From NCBI GenBank assembly GCA_964016885.1, contig OZ024749.1, forward strand, positions 41,726,001-41,790,000: a stretch of 64,000 bases of DNA, read 5' to 3'. The DNA comes from Eledone cirrhosa. Lineage: Eukaryota. This document shows positions 37,012 through 51,194 of the stretch, in pieces (the stretch's first letter is position 1; each line of letters starts with the position of its first letter). The position numbers and the translations under genes are program-made. The notes below the pieces were generated by a model. That model was not told the DNA's origin. It saw only the letters and a list, made by a program, of their open reading frames with translations, and did not search any database.

Positions 37012-37790
37012 TTATTACTGTGACAGGAATGTAACATCATACATTATATTACTGTAACAGGAATGTAACATACACTAAATTACTGTGATAGAGATGTGAC
37101 AAAATATATTAATATAACAGGAATGTGACAAGATATATTATATTACTGAGACAGGAATATGACATAGACTATATTACTGTAACAGAAGTGAGACAAGATA
37201 TATTATATTACTGAGACAGGAATATGACATAGACTATATTACTGTAACAGAAGTGTGACAAGATATATTATATTACTGAGACAGGAATATGACATAGACT
37301 ATATTACTGTAACAGAAGTGAGACAGGAATATGACATAGACTATAATACTGTAACAGAAGTGAGACAAAATATATTATATTATTGGGACAGGAATGTGAC
37401 AAGATATATTATATTATTGGGTCAGGAATGTGACAAGATATATTACATTATTGGGACAGGAATGTGACAAGATATATTACATTATTGGGACAGGAATGAC
37501 AAGATATATTACATTATTGGGACAGGAATGTGACAAGATATATTACATTATTGGGACAGGAATGTGACAAGATATATTACATTATTGGGACAGGAATGTG
37601 ACAAGATATATTACATTATTGGGACAGGAATATGACAAGATATATTACATTATTGGGACAGGAATGTGACAAGATATATTACATTATTGGGACAGGAATG
37701 TGACAAGATATATTACATTATTGGGACAGGAATGTGACAAGATATATTACATTATTGGGACAGGAATGTGACAAGATATATTACTGTAAT
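37012..37790 (+). repeat. 34-bp minisatellite in the last TAF6 intron
   Basis: Unit tattacattattgggacaggaatgtgacaagata, homogeneous from 37430 to 37780 and degenerate upstream. Confidence 0.95.
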
Positions 37791-37844
37791 ATGAAACACT
37801 ATATTATATTAACTAATGTATTATTGTTTTCCATCTGTTCACAG

Positions 37845-38294
37845 CCACGACAACCAATTTTGATTCATTCTGGCAGCTCCACACAGACAAGCATGACTTC
37901 CAGTGGAACAAACACTCGTATAGTAACACCATCTGGTGGAATGGCTCGTGCACAAGGTCCCAGTCAAAACAAACTAGTAATCGTCACTCCACCGAACCGT
38001 CCGACAGGCATGGGTGTCCAGACATCTTGTTTCACAAGTGGCAGCAGTAACACATCCACACCCGCCATTGTGAAGTTAGTGACTGCCCCAAACACAAGTT
38101 CCAACAGTTCCAAGATTGTCGTCATGTCGGTTCCATCCGGGGCGACTTCAAATTCACAAACTTGCTCTTCCATCATGCAGACAAACAGCACAAACACTGC
38201 AGCTGTTTCCACCACCACTCACGATATGGGCATGAAAAGTGTCTTCAGTGGAACGCCATCGATTGCTCTTAAGAAAGATTCAAACAGTCCATAA
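37845..38294 (+). CDS. TAF6: TAF6 last coding exon (S/T-rich low-complexity tail)
   Basis: PRQPILIHSG...KLVIVT...IVKLV...KIVVMS...KKDSNSP*. The total spliced CDS is 1866 nt (621 aa) in a continuous frame. AATAAA at 38438. Confidence 0.88.
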   Translation, partial: PRQPILIHSGSSTQTSMTSSGTNTRIVTPSGGMARAQGPSQNKLVIVTPPNRPTGMGVQTSCFTSGSSNTSTPAIVKLVTAPNTSSNSSKIVVMSVPSGATSNSQTCSSIMQTNSTNTAAVSTTTHDMGMKSVFSGTPSIALKKDSNSP

Positions 38295-41200
38295 AGATTT
38301 CATTTTTAATTCTTGCTAGAAAATTCCAAGTCTTGAAATATTTCTTTGTGCTTGATTGTTGTTCCTGATATCATTGAGAGCAGATTTTTGGACAACACAG
38401 GAAGATTATTTTTCAATCTAAAGAAAAAAAAACTAACAATAAAAAGTGTCCATTTTAATATCCAGTTTTAACAGACTGTGCTGCTTTGAGAAGTCGGGGA
38501 GAACTTTTGACAAATGTTTAAACCCTTTCATTACCATATTTCTAATGAAAGACACTGCCTAATTTTCAAATAATTTTGAAATAATTCAAGAATTTGAAGG
38601 GATTTAATAAAGAAACTACTAATAATATTAATAACCTTCTCATTATTAAACTGGTGTTTGGAACATAACTTAAAGGTTCTGACATAAAATTATGATGAAA
38701 GGTTTTTAGATAAATATAAACATTTTAAAATGAACAGCTCTGTATCATAGAATCAAGGACGGTTTGGTATGAGAAGGGTTAAAAAACTAAAATTCTAATG
38801 AATTCTGACCTCCTAGGAATTGATTATTGAAAGATTTCAGTGAATTTTATCATTTCATGACTCAATATTAGACTAATTAAATGGTTTAAAAGGCATTCTG
38901 TAAGCTAAGAAAATTTTTATGCATGCAAAATAAAAACCATTTTCAGTCTTCAAATATTTTTCATGTTTACTCTAAAAGATGTATTTATTTGATTTGTTCT
39001 TTATTTTGAAAATAATTAAGAATTCGAAAGGATTTAGTAATATAAGTAACTTTCTCATTATCAAGCTGATGTTTGGAGTATGACTTAACGAACGTATTGT
39101 ACATAAAATCATAATGGAGTGTTTGGGGGGAAATATAAACACTTTTAAAACTGTTTTTGTACCATTGAACTAAGTGTAGTTTGGTATCAAAAGTGTTAAC
39201 TCTTTCATTACCATATTTCTCATGAAATGCACTACCTATGTGTTTCCATTAATTTTGCAAATAATCAAGAATTTTAATGGATTTGGTCATCAGATAATAA
39301 ACTTTTACTGCATTCATTTCTATTCCAAGTTGATATTTAAAACATACATTATCAAAATATTCTGACATAATATTATGATGGAAAGTTTTAATTTAGATGT
39401 GGAACATATGAAAACAACATATAGGCACTGGCTTATCTAGGAGGATGGTAGCTTCAATTAGTACTGACTTGATCTGTAACAACCCAACCAATTCATACCA
39501 ACTTGGGGGAAAAATAGCTGTAAAATGATGATAATGTTGATGATACAAACAGTTTAAAATGGGCGATTTTCTTTTTGAAACAAAGAACCAGGGACAGCCT
39601 TAGGTGGAATTGTATCAAAAGGGTTAATTATACTTTCGGGAAACAGATAGAAATGATCAAGAAATAGTTAAGCAGAGGCTATCAGGTTTGTCGTCTACCA
39701 TTTTTGTATTCCATAATACACTCAACACTTATCTACCTTTCACATGCCAGCATCAAAGAGTGGACGTAACAATGATGATAAACTTTCTGACATTGATAAA
39801 ATTAAGTCATGTCATGCTATAGGTCCTTAACTTTCAATGGAGTCTTATGTCACATCTCATGGGCATTTAAGCTTGGTGGCACCCCACCCTCTCCAGGATA
39901 GCATACAGCTGATTTCTTCCAGAGAAATAGAGAGAGATAAGTGAGAAAAGAGATATAGAGGAAGAATTCACTTCAGAATTGAACTAGGACTTTATTTATC
40001 AACATCAAAAGGATGAAAGGCTAAACTGACAGCAGAATTTGAACTCAGAATGGAGAGAGATGGGATGAATACCACAAAGCATTTGATCCAACACTCTAAT
40101 GACTCTGACATTAACTGTATACCTTCCCTACAAATTCTTGGTCGTTTCCAAATGAAAAAGACCCATTATATGTGTGTATCTACCAGCCACTGATCACTCC
40201 TCTATGTGGTTGCACGACCTATTCGAAATAACAACCAAATTTCCCTCAATTACACCCTACCATCTTAAAACAAAGGAGCCAATATTATACTATGCAGTCC
40301 CTGATATACAAAAAGATGCGATGGTCACAGTTGGGATGTCCTTGACCTAGGGTTAAACAACAGCAACATTCATTCACTGCTTATATATTTCATTTATGCT
40401 TAGTCTGTCCCCTGCATTAGTGAATAAAGTACCAGTAATGCACTAGTAATTGCTGGCCTTGTGCCAAAAGTAGAAACAATTATTAACAAAGTGTGACTCA
40501 TTTGAATTGCTAGAAATAGCAGCCAGATCTTTCTCGTAATGTTTTTTTTTTACCTTATACAATTCGAGTTTATTACGTAACATGAATACTACATGTGGCT
40601 CTCATACATGGTCCCACTATCTCCCACATATTACCACCTTTCCTCTTTGCTTACTACGCTACCACTACAGTTCAATAGATGGGAGATTTGCTTATTTTTT
40701 TTACAATTATTTCACCTTAGGATGTCTCTCTCTCACCTAGCTTTAGTAACAGCAGCGATTGATTTAATATATATTGATACATTATATTTAATAGGCAGTA
40801 AATTAAACACGACGGGGTTCTCCAGCCATCTGTGACATTCTCAAAAAAAAGCGATTAGTTGTCTAATTGTCACGATAAAATGTACCTAGTATATATTGTA
40901 AAGTACTGAAACGTAAGCGAGATTTGATATGTGAGAGGGGGGGGGGTACAGAGGTCAGTAACTCCGACTAAATACATTCTTGGTCTGACGGGCGACAACC
41001 CTTGTCAGCATAAAAAAGAAAACGGGCGTCAAATGAGGATTAATGGAGAGGTCTCTCTCTTTTTTTTTTTTTATTAGTTATTTCTATTTGATGTACATCA
41101 TTCTCCCGCGGAATATAATGTGGTGGTAGTTGCACCACCGACCTCCAAACTATATACAGTAGAAGGCAAGTCGAATGCACTATGACTTGGCAATGCCTAT

Positions 41201-41579
41201 AAAACGCCTGCATGAGGTAATTAGAATTCGATGAAGAAGCACTGTGACCTGCTCGTAGTGAGCATTCCTGGTAGCTGTCGATGTATTAAATTTTGTTAAT
41301 ACACGACTGTTTTGTTATCAATTAGATTTTTTTAAATAAAATATTTGATAGTACGGTGAAAAATATACTCAAATACGTTTCCTTCTCAGCCCTAACCTTG
41401 CTAATTATAGAGTGCGTCATATGAGCCGGGAAATACGGTGTTTCATTTGCTGCGCGTCTGTCATCTTTATTACTTTTTATTATTATTATGCATTTAAAGG
41501 TTTCTTTCCATTATAGCAAACTTAAGTGCGTATATATATAAAGGGAGAGACACACACTTATATATTTGTTCTATATCAA

Positions 41580-41740
41580 GAATGGACAACCATTTTTGAG
41601 TAGTGGACCGCATAGCATGTGGTTCTTCACAAGGCGGGCGGCGCTACTAAAAAAATTCAAGACAATTTTGAAATAAAGCGTACCATTCAGAAAGCCAAAT
41701 GATCTGAATGCGGCTTGCGGGCCGCAATTTGCAGATCATA
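41580..41740 (-). mobile_element. hAT/Charlie-like non-autonomous element
   Basis: Reverse-complement homolog of 4262-4415 (ccattcagaaagccaaa, gcgggccgcaatttgc). Confidence 0.55.
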
Positions 41741-43319
41741 GGCTGAACTATACTGGACCACCGCTTTTATACAGTGTCTATATTATATTACATACATACC
41801 TTAGCATATATATATTGCGCGAAATGACATGCTTTTTGTTGTTAAATGTCAGCAGAGCTATGTTTAAATCCAATATCTGAATCAATTTTTCTTTCCGTAA
41901 TACAGGCGCCTATTAATATATATATAATTTCCCTAAGGCATTCTAGTTGAGCGAACAAAGGAGCTTCAACCTTCTAGAAATAGCAGTCAAATCACCAGCA
42001 AACCACGCCCTACTGTTAAAAAATAATATATAATAAAGTAAAATACATTTAGATAACCGTAGTTCTTGGTACACTTAAAAAATAATGGCTGGAATGACTG
42101 ATCATCGATCTACCAGATTAGGGTTGACTCGGAACTAAACAAGTACATTCTGCTTTTTCTTGACACCACTAGATCGACGAACGGCCGACATCTGGCGACT
42201 TCAATAACAAACGCTAGATTGCTTGTTGTGAGTCTTGGAATTTTCGTTGGAAAATACAAATGTGTATTTTCCTGTTGAACTCCATGTTGTCAGCTTGATA
42301 CAGACAAGTTGGCCGCACCTGTATATGCCGGCAACACTCAGAACTTGAAAGAACCTGTACAGTGATCGCAGCTGAAATTTATTGCTCAGACTGGAGTATT
42401 GAGTCCGTCGTCGTTTCCCCCCATACCACATACTCTTCTATTCCTTCTCATTATTTTCGTTTCTATTATTGCAATATATAATGTGTAGTTTTTATCACAT
42501 TTCTTTCTTTAGTTTAATAACAATTTTGAGTAGAATAAAAAAAAAAAGAAGCAATCGCATAACATTTTTCTCCAACACTAACATCACCAACCCATCGCCT
42601 GCCCTGCCACTTTAATTTATTGACCACGGAAAGATGAAAGGGCAAAGTTGATATCGACAAAAGTTCAACTCGAGATAAAGCGCTAAAACATGCCGCAAAG
42701 CTTTTCGTCCGACGCTTCATTACTAGTGTCAAATTATGAGTTTTATTGTTACATAGGTTTAAATACTTCATTCATATATAATTTGAGGATTTTCTTGGAT
42801 CAATAATACACGATTAAACGTAAGCTATTCCAAGCAAATTAAAGAAAAAGAGCGAAAAATAAGAATTGGTTGAGACCTGCATTCTCAATCACACGAATAT
42901 TATTGTTGTTGTGTCCGGTTTCTTTTGACAGTTAACTTTTTAAAGAACTTCTTTGTTATATATTTAATAAATAAATGAAGCTTTAATAACCTATTCCTTT
43001 CCGAAATAGTGATTGCTACGGACTATGATTAATTGTTTTTTAAATGCCGTCTACTGTTAGAAAGAAAAAATCAAAACGCGAAGATTTAGACTATATCAAG
43101 CAGTGAAAACCACTTGTTATATATATACATATATATAAATATTATAGGTATTTCGTTCATTTGTACTAATAGAGTATTTAGCACAGTTACCTATTAGTCG
43201 TTGAATACTGAATTTAGTTTCCGATCTTAATTATTTTAAACGCCTTGTTGAGATTACACCTTTTTAACCGCACCCTTTTGTTGTATTCGAGTTCTGTAGA
43301 AATGCCGGCGAGATGATTA

Positions 43320-43750
43320 AAAACACGTGACCCGGCTTCTCTGTAGTTTTTAGTCTTTCTAAGTGATGTGTCACTCCTGTAGTTTATTGAAAAAAACACG
43401 AATAGATCTTTTTTTTTTCTCCAGCTATCCGTTTTATAAAATTTGAATGCAAAGGCTGACGCTCAAATAGGAAATCGATATGACGCCAGAAGCCAGAACA
43501 CGAAACAGTAAGACGTTATAAAGCAGGAGGGAGGGAGCAAAAAGAGATCTAATCAGAAGTAAAAATAGAGGTGGATATATTTGGAACTTTGCAGTTGCAG
43601 GTGCCAGTATTTATATTGTCTGTCCACGTGACTTAGCCCTCGAGGCCACCTCAACCAATGAAATATCTACTTTCAATATAACCGGAAGTTTGTAATAGCT
43701 CCACTCGGACATGATAGTACCTCTGTCTCTCTCTTTCTCTCTTTCTTATT
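43320..43750 (+). promoter_or_regulatory. eIF4A core promoter: E-boxes, CCAAT, ETS site and pyrimidine-tract (TCT/5'TOP-like) initiator
   Basis: CACGTGAC at 43324 and 43625, CCAAT at 43655, CCGGAAGT at 43682, and cctctgtctctctctttctctctttctt at 43720-43747. The region is relatively CpG-rich. Confidence 0.65.
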
Positions 43751-43779
43751 TAGAGAAAAACAACAGCTAAAGTGAAATA

Positions 43780-43781
43780 AT
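43780..43781 (+). CDS. eIF4A: eIF4A exon 1 coding part (AT of a split ATG)
   Basis: aaataAT|GTGAGT. The next exon starts with one extra G, which completes ATG in frame. Confidence 0.65.
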
Positions 43782-46700
43782 GTGAGTATTAATGTTATTG
43801 TCATCAGCATCATCAATGGAATATTGGTTTTTCTTTCTGTAAACATTTAAATTACGTTAACTATTTAAGTTTAATTTAATTTGCTGCTAATATATTCTTT
43901 GCAATATTTTGTTGTTGTCTAAATTAAAAAAGACGCACTTGCTTCAGTAAAACCTCACCCACCCGCATCACACACACACGCGCCCGCTAATCTGCTGTTG
44001 CTCCTTGTTTTCTACATATTACGCGTTGATCAGCCACCAGATAAATATTGTATAAGCATAACACATTAGATAAATTATAGTTAAGATAGAACGTGTCTGA
44101 TAAATATAAACAGAACATACATATATGTGTGTGCGTGTGTTCGGTGATGTTAGTTAGTTTTCCTTTGTTTTTGTTTTGTTAGTGTTATTTTAATCGTGTT
44201 TTGTGTGTGTCTGTATGATTGTGTCAGATTTTCTAATATTTATTATTATTGTTAATTATTGTTGCGCACCGCGGTAAACATGGCATTTTATTATTGCGGT
44301 GGGGTGGACAAAATGAAGCGTCGGTTATTAATATTTCCTCTCTGCACCAGTTTTGTTTTGATGAGTCACCTAAGAACATTTTTCTAATGTAATAGCTTTC
44401 TCTGTCGGTATCATTTACCATTTGCATAGTTTACACACACGCATGTTTATATATACGTAGACATACATGCATACACACCCGTGTGTATAATCTACGCAAA
44501 TGGTTATATATTATGGTCTGAACCAATACAAAAAGTGGCGCATCGTCATTTTAATAGCTGATTGTCATGATTGTCAATGTCCATTTTTATATGTATGTGT
44601 AAAACAATAGATACACTCGATTGAATTAAATTATCGGTGCACTGTGATTTACTACTAATTATAGTATCGATCTCCTTCGAATAAATCGAATCCGCAAAGT
44701 CGTTCCGCGCAGTTATAACACCGATTGACCGGTTAACCGAATAGGAACGTCTATTTCGGCTCTCCTCATCTTATCTATCTAGAGAACCTTGTTTGTCCTA
44801 TTTTAATGTTTTTGTTTTTAAATGTTATAATAGGCCCAACTTTGCGGCTGAGTGGTAAATTTTTGTACAATTGATTTTTTTTATTAGACAAAATCAAAGG
44901 TGCTTCAGACATGAGTATCTGTCTTCTTCTGAGACTGATATATTATCTTACGCAGACCTGTCAACTCTCCCCGTCCGTCGGGGAAATCTCCCACCCACTT
45001 TGGGGTGGGTGAGAGATGTTTTCTCTTGTGAAAATGGGTACAGCTTTCATCATGTAAAATTTCACCATTTTGCCTCATTTCTCCTCGTTTGGGGACACTT
45101 TTTTTCATAGTACTCCCCGTTTAGGTTTTTAGTAGTTGGCAGGTCAGCTAACGTATCCTTAGCCTTATTCTAAACTCAGTCGGGTGTCATTTGAAGAGAA
45201 TTTAGCTGCCCTTTTCAGCAAGTTGAGCGCTTACACAGTCTCCCTCGCTGTGTGTTAGTTATTTATACTAACTAGACTGGCGTAGGACAACGAAACATTA
45301 CGATTGTGGTTCTAAGTAGAATGTAGGTGACTGCTAATAACAACTAACATTCCTCTCTTTCCTAAATGCAATGACATTTTAGTGTCATTATTGTTTATTA
45401 TAACGAATCTCAGTTATTTTTAACCAGCAAGTTTGATTCTGTAAACTGTTCTGTAAACTAGCTTGCCCCTCTCCCTAGATGGTTTATCATTAAATCGCAA
45501 AGTTTGCCCCATGCTTGCTTATTTAGCCCTCTATTTTACTTATAATTTTAAATAATTATTATTTAGCCCCCAAAATTTTGTTTTGTTAAATCATTTCCAG
45601 AACGTATTAGGAAATGGTCCTTGTTGCAATACTTTGCCTGAAAATGTGGTGTTCTTGATCGATCACTTTAAAAAATAATTAGGACAAATTGTTAATTCTA
45701 TAACCAAATATTAAACCGATAGTCGAGCAAGTAGTATGCACTAGCAGTAGTATTTTATGTATAGACTCGCTTATTATATATTAAAAGCCATGTAATATTA
45801 TTTACTTTTCTCGTTCCATTACAGGATCGATGGTTTAATCTCTCTAGATGAGTGTCAAAGATAGGTGTGGGGAGTGCTAGAACTAATAGGGTTTCGCGAA
45901 CCTGTTTTCGGTTCTAGCTTGAAATCAATTCATTTACACCACTGCTAGCTCCTTGTTCTTCGCCCACTTATTCCTGAGAGGGTCGTGCGGGCAGAGCCCT
46001 AAAACAATCTTTCAACCGGGTCCTGTCAGAAGCAACCGTCTCCAACTAATCTGGCTGGATCCCCATAGCGTAACCAGCCAAGCTCATGGACGTTATCCAA
46101 CCATCTTGCTCAGGGTCTACCCTTGGGTCTCTTCCCAGTTGGTTTTGCCCGTAAAATCTATCCAGCGATTCTTTCCGAGACATTCTAACCACATGCCCCT
46201 TGTATCGGAGCTGTGATCTCTCAATTCGGAGAAGTAGCTATTATCCATAAACCATGTACGTTAATTAATCAGCCATTCCGCTTCCCCTAAAAGCCTAGGT
46301 TAGAAATTATAACTGGCAAGGTTAGATTGTTTAGTAGTTGTTTTTATATAAATCTACAATGACTAATACATATCTTTAAAAAAGGAACTAATATGTGCAT
46401 TGTATGTATCTATACTGCACGCACAGATACAGACACACACACACTTACTGTCAATAGCTGTATGCATGTGTATATATATATATGTGTGTGTGCACACGCA
46501 GATATCGATTCATGGATGACTGCGTCAAGCTAATGGCAAATTGTAGCTTACATGGCTGGTATTCTATGAGATACTGGCAACGTGAATGAACCGGGTGGCC
46601 TGAATACGCCGGCAATTGACTTTTCAAGATCTGCTTAATCACGGGAGAGAGGAGGGCGTTTATACATAGTCTAAGGTTTTTTGTTATATAGGCGATAATC

Positions 46701-47549
46701 GCGGGAATTATTCTTTTCACATTTTTTTTTTTACCGGGTTTTAATCTTTTGACTGTGGCCATGCTGGGTCACCACCTTCTTAGACCATTATTGCTTATAT
46801 CAACCCAATACTTATTCTCTCTCTCTCTAATATAATATAATATAATATAATATAATATAATATAATATATATATATATATATACACATACACACGCATGC
46901 ACGCTTACATATATATATATATGCGCAGACAGACACGTGTGGTTAAGAAATTCGCTTCGAAACTACGTGGTATCCAATTCGATCTTACTGCACAGTTGCT
47001 TCAGTAATTTTGGTTGATAAATGTTTTATTTTATAGACTGAAGTTCCATCTTACGCAAACCCCTGGTGTAGTTTTTTTGGTTCTCTTTTTGTTTAAGCTG
47101 TGTATCGAGTTGCGTCGTCCTTTTCTTGAATGGGTAGCTTAACCTTTTGAGGAAACAAGTCCTGGGGTATTTATGATTGACTAAAAACAGTCTGACTGAA
47201 ACCAATAGAATATATAAAGTCTACGGGAACTATGAAAGAGAGAAGTATAAGAAAACTTGAAATGAAGTGATAAAAACTGTCCTTGTCCAATTAAACCTTA
47301 CAAAGGAGATAACACAGGATTGAGATCTCTGTAGAAGACTCTAGTCTGCATCAATCGTCTGCTCTTTACCCCTCCTCATTCTTAATACCTCCATCCCCTA
47401 CCACTACACCCACTAAATAACCTACGCATATTACCCATGTCAAACTTGCTTACTTGTTTCTCCTCCCCACCCCTCACTCTTCAACTCTTATATACTTCTC
47501 TTGCCAAACTACGTACCCCCCCCCCAAAAAAAAATCCACCCTGAATGGT

Positions 47550-47850
47550 GATCCGGTGCCAAAACAGCAAAGCACCTAGTTCACTCTGTGAGGCGCACGT
47601 GTTGGTGTCACGAAAAATTACTGTCCACCTTGTAACGTGGTTGAGCTGGTGACACGGCGAAAAAGCACCCAGTTCTCACTGTAACGTGGTTGGCGTTAGG
47701 AAGGACATCCAGTCGTAGAAACCAAGCCAAAATACAAATCCGTATAAGCAAGATGTGGTCACCTAACCTGACTGGTCTCATAAAGTGACAACCCGTTTAA
47801 CCCATGCAAGCGTGGAAAATTGACGTTAAACGGTGATGATGAGGATGATA
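47550..47850 (+). mobile_element. SINE 3' half with RTE tail
   Basis: gtggttggcgttaggaaggacatccagtcgtagaaacc...ccatgcaagcgtggaaaattgacgttaaacggtgatgatg. Confidence 0.65.
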
Positions 47851-50800
47851 TATAGAGGGAAGGGTGATTGTGTTTTAAATATAATCAGACATAAAATCTG
47901 CTACCAACCAATCCGACTTCCAAACATGCTGCAAAGCCTCCGGTGTTAAATTGGGGTTGTGGGGGAGGGGTGAGGGTCCCCCTCCCGACCTCCCTTTTTC
48001 TTGGGGAAAAAGTCCTTTGCACCATATTAGAAAATAAGTTTAATTGATAGCACATGAAAAAACAATTATTTCCCATTGAAATCGGTGGGGGTGCTTTTCG
48101 ATAAATTTACCGTAATTTTAATTAACTATACTTGCGTTTCTAAGAATATACAATTCACATAGAAATTATAAATATATTTTTCGGAAATGTAAGCAAAGTT
48201 ATTAGTATATATGTCGGAGTTATACTTGTCTGGCAAATGATTTTATGTGAAGCCATGTGTTGAAACTAAATCAATTACATGTTTTAATCATTTAAAAGCC
48301 TCACAAAGACTGTTTTTTTTTAATGGTTAAAATCACTCTTCTACGATGTAATTAATTGCTCTATAAACGTTGCCCCTATTTTTAGAGAGATGAACTTGGA
48401 CGAGAGAAAACCAAAGAAGGTCTGGATGTTTTTCTGACTGTTAGACATGGAGAGAAGTAACAAAAATAAATATACTCCGAATACAACAAAGTCTTGAGTT
48501 TTTTTCCTTAGAAAAAAAAAAAAAAAAGGAACGAAATAATTTTATTTCTTGTTTTCTATGAAGCTTCTAGTACCTTCTTTCATGTGTTGGAATTTTTGTT
48601 TTTTTGTTTTCGTATTTGTTATGGCTGGTGCCAGTGTTGTATTTAAGACTTGATGTGACCCTAAGTTATATTAAGATCAAAAGTTTCTCAAAAACTGAAA
48701 ATATACAGGCTTTGCTAATTACTTTGTAGCAAGAGTAACATTTGTTACGGACCCTGCGCTATGGGCTTTATACTATAGTACTATAATAAATCTTTATGTC
48801 ACATTTTCTTCATAATTTAGGGGTCCCTATATAACCGTCACTGGTAGGTGTTGATTTTTTAGCAACAAGTTGGCCTTTATCGAACAGATCTATTTATTGC
48901 CAAATGCCTTTCAGTCATAACCGATATATTGGACCAATATAATCGACTTTCCCATCCCCATAATTGCTGGCCATGTGCCAAAATTAGAAACCATTATTTA
49001 GACTAATCTTACCATTATTTTTAAAGACGGTTTTAGTGTAATATGGGGGAAATTTTGGTTGATTCCTTACGAGCGTTGTCTTCCTTGGAAGCCACGTTAG
49101 TAAACACTTTCTTCGTAGTATATATTACTTTCATTCACTATTCTAATCTCGTTGTGGCAGGCTTTGTGTTTCATCCTTTCCTGTTGATATATTATATTTC
49201 TGATGTGCTATAAACATTAAGAAAATGTGTTAACAACATGTAGACATAATAAACCACGCCGACAACTTGCTAGATCTCGCTCTACCTGTTGTAACTTATT
49301 TGTGTGTCTTTACACAAGTAAGTGTTTGTTAATTAATTGGGACTGATAATATGCTCTTGTGATTTTTCAATCTTTTCGTCACATTTTTATTTAAAAGACA
49401 CTGCCTATGATTTTCCAATTATTTTTTATTTAATTGTTGGGATTTAAATGTTTCGCTGATGTTTTGAAACGTTTCACGTAAAATTATGATGGAAAGTTTA
49501 AATTTTAATATGAACAAGTTAAAACAAATAGCTCTATATGATAGATCCTGGAGCGGTTTGTACAACTATGATTTTCAATTAATTTGTGGTAGGGATCCAA
49601 AATTTGTAGGGAAGCAGTAAAATAATAATTTCATTAAGCTCGTAAAGGGCGGTCGCTTGGCAGTATAGGTAGGGCGTCAGACAAAATGCTTTGCGGTATT
49701 ACATTACGACTTTCTACGTTCTGAGTTCAAATCCTACCGATTTCAAATTTGCTTTTCATCCGGTGGTCCATAAAATTAACTATGAGTTAAGTAACATTTT
49801 GAAGGTTTAAAGTTGAAGGACATAGCTTTGTATGGCAGAACATGGAATGGTTTGATTTCAGAAGATTTAATTCATCAATTCTGTTGCATGTAGTTGTAGT
49901 ACTTAAGTGGTTAAATTGTCTGACTTAAAAAGGGGAACGGTAGACGTGTCATGTGAAACGCCTATTATACACTGACCGATTTTGTTTTCCTGGTGACCTT
50001 TCAGTTGGAAATGATTATATGTGTGTGTTATTTTATTCTTTTACTTGTTTCAGTCTGTAAATTGCGGCTATGCTGGTGCACCGCCGCTAATGAATTTAAT
50101 CGATCTTATCGATAGAGTATTTATTCCATAAACATGTTCAACCTTAATGTAATTCTCAGAGAGGCTAATTGGGATGCAGTGTCAGACAGGTTTACCCCTT
50201 GTGAAAGCAAGGGGCCGAATGGTTACTGTTTTGAATTCATGATCATTAGAACAGGGTTTCGATTCCTGGACCAGGCAACGTTTTTTTAGCAAGACTGCTC
50301 ACGTTGCTTTTCATGATAGGGCTTGTACCCCTATCATTAGAATAACCAAAAAACCTCCTAAGAAGTACAACCTCGTAAGAGGCCAGGTAAAATCTATTTC
50401 TTTGCAACCATGTGGTTTTAGGTTCACTCCCACTGTATGATACCTTGCTTACACAACATATCCTGTTGTTCACATGCCATGCACACACTGCCTACACAAG
50501 ACACACTTTCTGTAAAAGTGAGATTCATTAACTTAATCATCAAATATATTTCACTGATCATGATAATAATGGCATAGATATTTTGTTAAGTCTTTCTTGT
50601 TAGGACGGAATTATTTAAAATACCTACTTAATATTTTGCCCATGTGCAAACAAGGCACATGGACTAGTGTAGTGTTTAGAGTGTTGGTCCTCTGATCTCT
50701 GATTTGTAAAGTCCTGTGTTAGATCCTCAGATGAATCAGAGCATTGTATCCTTAACCCTTTAGCATTTAAACCGGTCATATCTGGCCAGAATTCTCTCAC

Positions 50801-51194
50801 CTCTTTCTATTGAAACCGGCTGTAACTGGCCACTCATACTGACGTTAACCCTTTAGCAATCACATTACTCTATATATACTATTGTATTTTCACAAAAAAG
50901 GACAACCATCTTGTTTTGTACTCTCAGTTGCTTAACACTACATTCCTGAATCAATCAGCATTGTGTCCTTGAACAAGACACTTTATTTCATATTGCTCCA
51001 GCCCACTCAGCAAAAAAGCTGAGTGCCTACAGCAGTTGGGGAAATGGGGGCTGCTTTACCGTGCAAAGGTTGGCCATCTCATGTACTTTCAGTCACTTAA
51101 CACCACATTATTGCAGGAGTCCAAGAAACGTCACACTTTGCAGCTGTTTTCACTTTATTGCGCTACTTCACATTCCTAATTTGTTAATTGGTGT

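Noticed and set aside
37012-37790. CRISPR-like periodicity (34-bp units; also the 56660-58140 array)
   Set aside because: There are no unique spacers and no cas genes, and the context is a eukaryotic intron; these are plain minisatellites.
42170-42435. 76-aa minus-strand ORF in a CpG-containing segment
   Set aside because: No recognisable motif or splice structure; I cannot support a gene call.
48386-48419. Possible eIF4A exon with its own ATG (MNLDERKPKK)
   Set aside because: The donor (GTCTGG) is poor, and its ATG frame ends in phase 0, incompatible with the phase-2 start of exon 2.
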